In this document: positions 8,801 through 18,573 of the stretch, one piece after another
How positions within the stretch are numbered: position 1 is the stretch's first letter
How the letters are laid out: every line of letters starts with the position of its first letter
Assembly (NCBI GenBank): GCA_964640155.1
Contig: CAZXEQ010000001.1
Location: 336,403-368,402, forward strand
Source of the DNA: an uncultured bacterium
Lineage (GTDB): Bacteria; Auribacterota; JACPWU01
Length of the DNA: 32,000 bases
Direction: 5' to 3'
Notes under the pieces: generated by a model
Databases searched by the model: none
The model's input: the letters and a program-made list of their open reading frames with translations, nothing else
Told to the model about the DNA's origin: nothing
Translations under genes and position numbers: made by a program

Positions 8801-11800
8801 GAAGGGGCGAGAAATAAGGTCTGGTGAAACACCCGAATCTATTTCTAACTCTGTAATTTCAGATGGATCAAATTCTTGTCCTGCTGCAAAAATATTAATC
8901 ACTCTTCTGCCAGGACCAAAAACAACTCTTTGAGATAATCGTCTCCTCTCTTCAGAAATAAGATGAACAACCCTTCCAATATTTTCGGATGTTATTTCAA
9001 TGTTATATCTCCTGAGAAGCCGATAAGCACACAGTGCTATCGAATGTTGACTTTCAATAGACATGTTTCGCGTTATATTTCTAAATGCAGTATCTAAATA
9101 GATTTGATAATGAGGGAGAGGATGATGTACTGCATCTTCAGGCAGAGAAAGTGCTGCTTGGGCTGGAGAAGAAGGTCGTATTAAATTTGCATTTAACTGT
9201 TGAATTCTGCGAAGCGCATGGGCGATAGGAATACAAGCACTTCCTGGAGTATATTCCCTTGTCAGAACTGTTTCTAATGCTACAACTAGACTTGATTGGA
9301 TAAGATCTGGTCTTATTTCACAAAACCTCTCTATTAGCCGTGTGATTTGGCCAATAGCAGATGTATAAATCCTTCCATCAGATGTGTTATCTGGTAAATA
9401 TCGGTTTAAGAATCTCTCAAGAATTGCAATGTCATTTGCTTGAAACAGTTCTGGACGAGTCCTTCCAAAAGAGCCTAGAAGAAAGACGCCTGCATTTGCA
9501 TAAACTCCATCTTCTTGATTTGGTAAAGTAAAAATGGTCATCATAGAGCGAAATAGACTGGGCGTAAGCCAGGCTTGAGGGATAGCTCCCTCCCGAACTG
9601 AATATCTAAAAAACCTTGGAATCATTGCTAACACTTCTAATGCTCTTTTCCTAAGCATATGAGGAACAAAGGCAGAACTCGTATTTTGAATAAATCGCTG
9701 CAATCGAAGCATATCTTCTTCTCTAAAATTCTCTGCCCCACCTCTAACTGCATCTCTTCCTTCAACGTCCACTCTCCTAGCAATATCACCAAGCAAAGTC
9801 ATTCCTCTATGATATTCCTCCCCGTCTTGTTGTGAAATTTCTCCTGAGGATTGAATTGCAATAGAAGGTCTAAAACAAGCGCCTAAAGACAAAATTAATG
9901 CCATCCACCATGACGAAAGAAATCCAACACGAGGAGGTCGAGGCAATACACGAGATCTATCCTGTTCAGATTGTTTTTTAACCCACACTTGAGCCAACTC
10001 CACAAGCCCAGGTTGATTTTCACCATAACGTTGGATAAGGTCTTGTGTAATCTCCGCAGCATCACTTGTTGTTCCTCTTAACTCCTCAAGTTCTGCAAAA
10101 AATTGTGTAACGATGGTATTGGGATGTGCTGTTTTGAGGGATTCAATTAAACGGTCTATATCTTCTAGCTTTAATTTCTCGAATGCTTTAGCCCAATCAT
10201 TCAATGTATTTCTGATTACGCCTTGTGCACTCATCCACATACTTACAAGAATTTCTTCATCCTTTTGTGTGTATTCTTCACCTGCTATAATTTTTTTGAT
10301 GGTTCCACAGAAAGCTGCAGGTATGAGTGTCCATTTCCCATCTTCTGTTCTTTCATGACTTGCTAGTTTTTTCTGAGAAAATTCTATATTTTCAAAGTCA
10401 TAAGGACCTTGCATGCGTTTTTCATAAATATTTTCATCTACTTTGCCATGCATGTTGGGGATCACAACTGCATAAGATATTCCCTTTTCGTCTAAAATTT
10501 TTTCAATGCCTTCGGTGTGAAAGCCACCGGTTACTAAAACTGTAGTTCGTATCTCGTAATTCGTATTTCGTAAAACCACTTGTTCTTCTATACTTCCTGC
10601 TTCCTGTCTCCTGCTTCGTGCGTCTATTTGCTTTAACGCATTTTCCGCCATAACTCGGTCTCGAGCCAAGGCTAGATCATAAAAGTGAAGCGATTCCTGG
10701 ATGAGGAAGCTGATATTGTTCGAGCTTGTATAAGCACCTTCCTGCTGAGCACTTCTCGACTTCGCTTCGCTGCGCTCGAAGAATATGAGTGGTTTCTGCC
10801 CAATATCAATACTGTTCGAGCCTAGTCGAGAACTCATATATTTTTTTATATTCTCCAGCCCACTTCTCGTCGCTTTCAGCGCTATCAAATCCTTAATCAA
10901 TCCCCACTCTCTTACCATACGTTCTTCTTGAATTACGTTGTGGGCTTTTGAAAGCTCTAGCATCAAAGTATTGATCTTTTGCTCTAGCTCTTCATAGATA
11001 GATTCTGATTTAAGATCTTCTTGATGCAGCTGAAGCTTGTAGTAATGAGAAAGTCCTGGATAGTTTTCTTCTAAGGATAATCCATTTTTTTCATAAGCCT
11101 CTTTCAAATGAGTCAAATATTCCAATATTCCCATTCGACCTAATCGATATTCCAAACTCCATTTCACTATTGTTTTAAGTTCTTCATTTTTGAGCCGATG
11201 ACTTAATTCATCTAAAAGCTTTTTCAAGTCCGATTGAATTGTTTCACTTTGTATGGCTTTAGAAGTTTTAAAAATTTCGAGCATTTGCTCTAAACTCCCA
11301 TCCAGCTTTTGCCCATGCTTTTGTAGTAAGACCTTTAATTGCATTAATGCTTCGTCTAATTTTAGCTCTCCTTCTTTAAGTTGATTTTGAAGGTTTAAAA
11401 GCTCTTTCATTTCTTTAGTGTAGTTCTTTTCTATGATGTTTTTGATTTGTTCATCAATTTTGTTTATTTCAGAAGAAAGTTCTTTGGACAGTCTACGTAC
11501 TTTTAAAAAAGATTTTAAATTCTCAATATAAAGATCTCTCTTTTCTACTCCGTACAGGTCAAGCGAGTCCTGAAACCCTGAACGCAATGCCGCATATTCA
11601 GCTCCGGTGAGATATCCCTCTTTTAGAAATTGCAAGCCTACTTTGTCTCGAACTTTATGATCTGGAAAAGCCTTCAAAAGTTCTAAATCAAATTCCCCTT
11701 CTGCTCCTTCCATAAAAACATCTTTGAGGCCAAGTTTCTGCTGAAATACTTCCAAAGTTTTAGCAATGTTGATTTGGGCTTCTTCCTGACAATGCAAATC

Positions 11801-12049
11801 CTGAATGAGAATGATTAGAGAATCTTTCTTCTCTCCTTCTTTGATTTTGGAAAGGGTAGCACCTGAAAGCTTCAACTGTTTCAGTTGATCTAAAACTGAG
11901 AGGTTTTTAAGTGTAGATGATGATGAAGCCGCTGAAGAAAGAACCTCTGCCATCGATTGATGGTCTGGGAAAATACAAACAAGAGAGAAAATAAAGACGA
12001 AAACAATCCGACATAATTTTAATAAGCAAGCGTTCATTAATCTGGACAT
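5861..12049 (-). CDS. Giant multidomain protein, part 1 (2062 codons, ATG 12049 to in-frame TGA 5863-5861): signal anchor, coiled-coil-rich region, internal TM, caspase-like module, Ser/Thr kinase-like domain
   Basis: Hand scan of the minus frame whose codon first base is 1 mod 3. Upstream stop is TAA 12064-12062, first ATG is 12049 (second ATG 12037), and there is no stop until TGA 5863-5861. Translation starts MSRLMNACLLKLCRIVFVFIFSLVCIFPDHQSMAEV. AAGGA abuts ATG 12049 and lies 12 nt before ATG 12037, so the exact start is uncertain. Kinase and caspase-like motifs are in frame (separate entries). Absent from the supplied ORF track. Confidence 0.8.
5890..6560 (-). other. Hanks-type Ser/Thr protein-kinase-like domain
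   Basis: YYVVNQLGSGAFATVW (G-loop, 6532-6506), KRIALK (Lys codon 6451-6449), VFHSDIKPANIL (6166-6137), LIDFG (DFG 6103-6095), SDLFSVGVLLYKLITG. The HxD Asp and the DFG Asp are 19 residues apart. There is no APE motif and only about 12 residues between DFG and the DxFSxG helix. Confidence 0.8.
8560..8935 (-). other. Clan-CD (caspase/legumain-like) cysteine-peptidase-like module
   Basis: Hydrophobic strand RRVINIFAAG, then PLTIYFNGHG (His codon 8722-8720). 39 residues later comes EEVVFINDSCFS (Cys codon 8605-8603). A hydrophobic strand followed by His-Gly, then about 40 aa, then a hydrophobic strand followed by Cys, is the clan CD catalytic-dyad layout. Confidence 0.45.
9872..9928 (-). other. 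Predicted internal transmembrane helix of the giant protein (about aa 708-726)
   Basis: RSRVLPRPPR followed by a 19-residue hydrophobic segment VGFLSSWWMALILSLGACF, then RPSIAIQSSGE. Confidence 0.45.
10545..10620. repeat. Two imperfect tandem heptamer arrays inside the giant ORF
   Basis: 10545-10572 reads GTTCGTA TCTCGTA ATTCGTA TTTCGTA. 10593-10620 reads CTTCCTG CTTCCTG TCTCCTG CTTCGTG. On the minus strand they are translated as ...RSRRQEAGSIEEQVVLRNTNYEIRTT... Confidence 0.7.
11945..12049 (-). other. N-terminal signal peptide or signal-anchor of the giant protein
   Basis: Basic n-region (MSRLMNACLLKLCR) followed by a hydrophobic run IVFVFIFSLVCIF, then PDHQSMA-EV. Confidence 0.5.
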
Positions 12050-12084
12050 TCCTTGTTGTTTTTAAAGCGGCAAGTTCAGCCTAT

Positions 12085-12113
12085 AGAATATCACAAAATG
12101 AGGGGAAAATCAA
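12085..12113 (-). promoter_or_regulatory. Candidate sigma-70 promoter with extended -10 for the giant gene
   Basis: Minus strand reads TTGATT (12113-12108), a 17-nt spacer ending in TGa, then TATTCT (12090-12085), about 35 nt upstream of ATG 12049 in the 198-nt AT-rich gap after comF. Motif match only. Confidence 0.3.
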
Positions 12114-12247
12114 GGCGTCCAGATATAAATATTCATAATATGTTCTCTTGGAATATATTATATTAAATATTTATTCTTTAATTTGTCTTAACGAAACGGG
12201 AGATTATTGCACAATATGTTGGAGAAGAATAAGTTGTAGATTTTATA

Positions 12248-13003
12248 TCACATGCTTCTAGCCAAAGTAAGTACTGTGACAGAAATTGCGCCTGCACTTT
12301 TAAGAACTTTAGCACACTCTTGAGCCGTTGCTTCTGTGGTCAATACATCGTCCACAAGGAGAACTCTTTTATCTCGAATTTTATGAGGAGAGTTAACGAC
12401 AAAACTATTCTGAATATTCTCCATACGCTCTCTTTTATCTTGAAGAGTCTGACCTGCAGAATATTTCACTCGTTTTAAAACAGTTGGAAGAAGAGGTATT
12501 TTCTGTTTTTTATAAAGCGTTTGAGCCAAAAACAGAGACTGATTAAATCCCCTCTCTTTGAGTTTCAAAGGATGAAGCGGAACAGGCACAATACAATCAA
12601 ACTCATTCCAGGGGATATCTCTTCCAGAAACACTTCCAAAAATCATTTGAAGTGTAGGAGCAAGATATTCCTCTCTTGCATATTTAAACGACTGAAGAAG
12701 CTCCTTAATCACACCTGCATAAAGCGCCACTGAAAAACATTCATCAAAAAACCGTTTATCTCTTAAACAACTAGGGCAAAGCCCCCGCTCTTCTGAACCA
12801 TCAAAACCAGGTAAAAATTTTGCACATCCTCGACAAGCTTGATTCGGAAGAAAACTAATTTTTTGAAAACAAATCTCACAAATGAGAAACCTATTTTCAT
12901 GCGGCATTTTGGCATCACAAGTGCGACAATGTCTTGGGAAAAGAAGATCTGAAAAAATCCAAGAAATTTGAAGAATATTTTGACTTAAAGAGGTGTTTCT
13001 CAT
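12248..13003 (-). CDS. comF: ComF-family protein / amidophosphoribosyltransferase-like
   Basis: N-terminal Cys pairs (CRTCDA...CEICFQ, CRGCAK...CPSC) and a C-terminal PRTase motif VLLVDDVLTTEATAQECAKVLKSAG. Confidence 0.8.
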   Translation of the reverse strand: MRNTSLSQNILQISWIFSDLLFPRHCRTCDAKMPHENRFLICEICFQKISFLPNQACRGCAKFLPGFDGSEERGLCPSCLRDKRFFDECFSVALYAGVIKELLQSFKYAREEYLAPTLQMIFGSVSGRDIPWNEFDCIVPVPLHPLKLKERGFNQSLFLAQTLYKKQKIPLLPTVLKRVKYSAGQTLQDKRERMENIQNSFVVNSPHKIRDKRVLLVDDVLTTEATAQECAKVLKSAGAISVTVLTLARSM

Positions 13004-13073
13004 TTTCTATCTTAATCCCTGGTTATAGACAAAATTGCAAGACTACTGTTATGATAAGCCAAATTTTTGAGTT

Positions 13074-14162
13074 ATGACTATGAAAATTCTCCATGCATAT
13101 GTTTTAAGAGGAATCCTTCTTAATTTTTTTGTGGGCTTGGCCCTTTTTGTGACTGTTCTACTTTTAGGGCATATGTTCAAAATCGCCAATCTCATCATGC
13201 ATGGCGTACCTCTCAAAGATATCGCCCTTCTTTTTGCTTATCTTCTTCCTTACTTTTTGTCCGCCTGTATTCCGATGTCTCTTTTAAGCTCTATTTTACT
13301 TGTTTTTGGGCGCTTGTCTCAAGACAATGAAATTGTTGCCATGAAAGCCTCTGGCGTTTCAATCCTTCAAATCAGCTATCCCTTATGGATTATTGGCTCT
13401 ATAGCTACCTTGATTTGTTTTAAAATTAACAATGAGATTATCCCTTACTCTCATTTTGCAGCCAGAAAACTCCTGGTCGAAATGGGATCAAAAAACCCAA
13501 CTGCTTATCTTGAACCTGGAAATTTTGTTGAAATCTTCCCCAGACATATTATTTATGTTCGTGAACGGCATGGAGATGTTCTAAAAAAAATCGTTATTTA
13601 TCAATCTCTCGGGCAAGGTCATGTTAAAACGATTACAGCTCAAGAAGGTCAAATCTCATACGACTCAGAATCAAAACAAGTTCTTTTAGAGTTAAAGAAT
13701 GGAGCTATTCAAGAACCTTCCGGAAAAGATTTTTTTAATTTGCAGTTTGGAACTTATGCTTTAAAACTGGATGCGAGTAAAGTCTTTCAAGACACGGACA
13801 ATCTTGGAAAAAAGCACAAAGATATGACGATTCGAGAAATTAAAAAGAAAATTGTAGAATATAAAGGAAAAGGAATTAATACCACTCCTCTTCTTACAGA
13901 AATTCAGAAAAAAATATCCATCTCTTTTTCATGCCTGGTGTTCACGCTCATTGGAATTCCATTAGGGATTCGGACCCATCGAAGTGAAAAAACAGTTGGA
14001 ATCGCTATTAGCTTACTTCTTGTTTTTCTCTATTATCTCTTAATTATTTTTGGAAAAGCTTTGGATGAAAAAACTGCGTTTCACCCTGAATATTTGATGT
14101 GGCTTCCTAATGTGTTGGTGATGGGAATTGGGCTTTATTTATTTAGAAAAGTTTCGAAATAA
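13074..14162 (+). CDS. lptF: LPS export ABC permease LptF (YjgP/YjgQ family)
   Basis: 362-aa polytopic protein with the YjgP/YjgQ layout (three N-terminal TMs, a large periplasmic insert, C-terminal TMs), directly followed by its paralogue. Confidence 0.8.
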   Translation: MTMKILHAYVLRGILLNFFVGLALFVTVLLLGHMFKIANLIMHGVPLKDIALLFAYLLPYFLSACIPMSLLSSILLVFGRLSQDNEIVAMKASGVSILQISYPLWIIGSIATLICFKINNEIIPYSHFAARKLLVEMGSKNPTAYLEPGNFVEIFPRHIIYVRERHGDVLKKIVIYQSLGQGHVKTITAQEGQISYDSESKQVLLELKNGAIQEPSGKDFFNLQFGTYALKLDASKVFQDTDNLGKKHKDMTIREIKKKIVEYKGKGINTTPLLTEIQKKISISFSCLVFTLIGIPLGIRTHRSEKTVGIAISLLLVFLYYLLIIFGKALDEKTAFHPEYLMWLPNVLVMGIGLYLFRKVSK

Positions 14163-14167
14163 CAACC

Positions 14168-15250
14168 ATGAAAATCATTGATCGCTATATTATAAAACAG
14201 TTTGTCCTGCCTTTTATCTACTGCAGTTTAGCCTTCTTTATGCTTTATCTCATTGCGGATCTTTTCGAACATATGGATGAATTTTTAAGAGCTCACACCC
14301 CTTGGTATCACATTCTTAAATATTATCTTTATATGCTTCCCATGATTTTTATCCAGACTTCTCCTTTCTCTTTGGTCCTGGCACTCATTTATGAACTCGG
14401 AAATTTTGCCCGTCATTTTGAAGTTGTGGGAATGAAGGCTTGTGGTATTTCTCCAAAGAGAATTGCTCTTCCTTTTCTAGGACTTGGATTTCTTCTGTCT
14501 TTAATTCTTCTCTACCTCCATGAAGGAGTTCTCCCAAAAGCCTTTGTTCGCTTAAATGAATTTAAAAACGTATATTTTGAAAAAGGGGAATCAAACAATA
14601 CTAAACTGCACCGAGATCTCGCCTATAGCAATGCAAAAGAGAATTACGTTTTTTACATTCATACCCTCAATTTAAAAAAGAATACTGCTAAAGATGCCCA
14701 AATCCATTACTTAACTCCCAATGGTTCTATTGAAAAACTTTTTCGAGCAAAAGAGGCTCAATGGCTTGATGGACAATGGTGGTTTTTAGACGGCAGTGTC
14801 CTTCGATATGATGAAACTGGAGAAATTGAAGATATTCCTGAAAAATTTGAAAAGATGGTCATGAGAATAGACGAATCTCCAAATGATCTTATTCGAGAAG
14901 AAAAAGCCAATGAGCAAATGAATTATTTAGAGTTTCGCTCTTCTTTATCAAAAAAATATGGAAAGAAAATTCCTGTTTATGAAAAAGTGGAACTTCATTC
15001 AAAACTTTCAATGCCCTGGATATGCCTCGTACTTGTACTTGTGGTCGTGCCCATGGGAGTTAATATTTCAAGACGGGGTGCTTTTGCGGCCCTTGGCCGA
15101 ACTCTCCTTCTTACCATTGCCTATTACGTAATCCAATTTATGGGGCTTGCTTCTGGAAAGCAAGGTTATCTTGATCCCATACTTGCTTCCTGGTGCGCCA
15201 ACATTATTTTTGGTGGACTAGGTGGATTCTTAATGATGAGACTGAAATAG
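14168..15250 (+). CDS. lptG: LPS export ABC permease LptG (YjgP/YjgQ family)
   Basis: MKIIDRYIIKQF... N-terminus typical of LptG, the same topology as LptF, and a 5-nt gap after lptF. Confidence 0.8.
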   Translation: MKIIDRYIIKQFVLPFIYCSLAFFMLYLIADLFEHMDEFLRAHTPWYHILKYYLYMLPMIFIQTSPFSLVLALIYELGNFARHFEVVGMKACGISPKRIALPFLGLGFLLSLILLYLHEGVLPKAFVRLNEFKNVYFEKGESNNTKLHRDLAYSNAKENYVFYIHTLNLKKNTAKDAQIHYLTPNGSIEKLFRAKEAQWLDGQWWFLDGSVLRYDETGEIEDIPEKFEKMVMRIDESPNDLIREEKANEQMNYLEFRSSLSKKYGKKIPVYEKVELHSKLSMPWICLVLVLVVVPMGVNISRRGAFAALGRTLLLTIAYYVIQFMGLASGKQGYLDPILASWCANIIFGGLGGFLMMRLK

Positions 15251-15261
15251 AAAAAACCGTC

Positions 15262-15341
15262 GATCGTAAATCGTAGTTCGCAAAGGGAAAACACTTCTTC
15301 AATTTTTTGATTTTACGAACTACGAATTACTAATTGCGATC
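15262..15341. terminator. Inverted repeat built of tandem heptamers between convergent lptG and ahcY, possibly a bidirectional terminator
   Basis: Left arm GATCGTA AATCGTA GTTCGCA (15262-15282). Right arm TACGAAC TACGAAT TACTAAT TGCGATC (15314-15341). tcgtagttcg (15271-15280) pairs perfectly with cgaactacga (15316-15325), and the stem extends to 14 bp with one mismatch. The 35-nt loop contains T-runs. Confidence 0.45.
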
Positions 15342-15350
15342 TACTGTCTT

Positions 15351-17830
<2,480 letters not shown>

Positions 17831-17840
17831 TACAAACTCC

Positions 17841-18569
17841 TTATTGTTTCTGATAAATTATATTTGCTTGTTTGTAGCTGTCTAAATCTCCAATATCCAA
17901 CCAAAGTCCTTGAATCACATATCCATAAACCGCTTGTCGTACAGCCAACCATTCTAAAAAATGACCTGGGGCATCTGGATTGCTCCCTTCTTTAAGGAAG
18001 ACTTTCATCTTTTCTAAATCGCGAAGAGTATACCCATAGATCCCCATAGAAATCAAGTCCGTTGGAGGATTTTGAGGTTTTTCAAGAAAACGCTTAATTC
18101 GACCTTTCTCACCTAATTCAATAACACCAAACCGGGTTGCGTCTTCTTTATTGGGCAACTTGAAACAAGCAACGCTTGTTCCCTTTTTATAAAAAGAAGA
18201 AACAAAATCCTTAAGGCTAAAATCAAAAAGATTATCCCCTGCTAAAATTAAAACCTCTTCTGAAATATTTTGTTTTGAAACTGCAAAAAGAATATCCCCA
18301 ATAGCCCCTAAACGACGATCATTCTCCCTAGTCCCATCATTTAAAACAACACAGGGATTTTTATTTTTTTTATTCCATTCTACAAATTGAGGGTAAAATT
18401 TATCATTGGTCACAATACAGATTTCATTCACTTCTCGAATCTCTTGAACCTTTTCAAGAATATGATTTAAGATAGGCTGATCTCCGACAGGCAAAAGTGG
18501 TTTGGGCTGGTTTTGAGTTAAAGGATAAAGACGTGTCGCGTATCCAGCAGCTAAGATAATGGCTTTCAT
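17841..18569 (-). CDS. Sugar-phosphate nucleotidyltransferase (NTP_transferase family), specificity unknown
   Basis: [28 protein letters not shown] matches the G-x-G-T-R-L nucleotidyltransferase signature. I chose the start at ATG 18569 because the longer ORF overlaps the ptsI end. Confidence 0.75.
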   Translation of the reverse strand: MKAIILAAGYATRLYPLTQNQPKPLLPVGDQPILNHILEKVQEIREVNEICIVTNDKFYPQFVEWNKKNKNPCVVLNDGTRENDRRLGAIGDILFAVSKQNISEEVLILAGDNLFDFSLKDFVSSFYKKGTSVACFKLPNKEDATRFGVIELGEKGRIKRFLEKPQNPPTDLISMGIYGYTLRDLEKMKVFLKEGSNPDAPGHFLEWLAVRQAVYGYVIQGLWLDIGDLDSYKQANIIYQKQ

Positions 18570-18573
18570 CCCA

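Noticed and set aside
956-10545. All + strand ORFs listed in the track within the left 12 kb (956-1198, 1277-1468, 1377-1712, 7643-7834, 7852-8094, 8739-8933, 10113-10358, 10327-10545)
   Set aside because: They are 63-111 aa, low-complexity, and lie antisense to a continuous 12-kb minus-strand frame that carries recognisable kinase and repeat motifs. They are shadow ORFs.
10545-10620. Heptamer arrays acting as slipped-strand phase-variation switches
   Set aside because: The units are imperfect (no two adjacent identical copies except one CTTCCTG pair). Contingency loci normally need longer perfect tracts.
13004-13073. Divergent promoter between comF and lptF
   Set aside because: A TTGCAA hexamer is present, but I could not find a convincing -10 at proper spacing, so I made no call.
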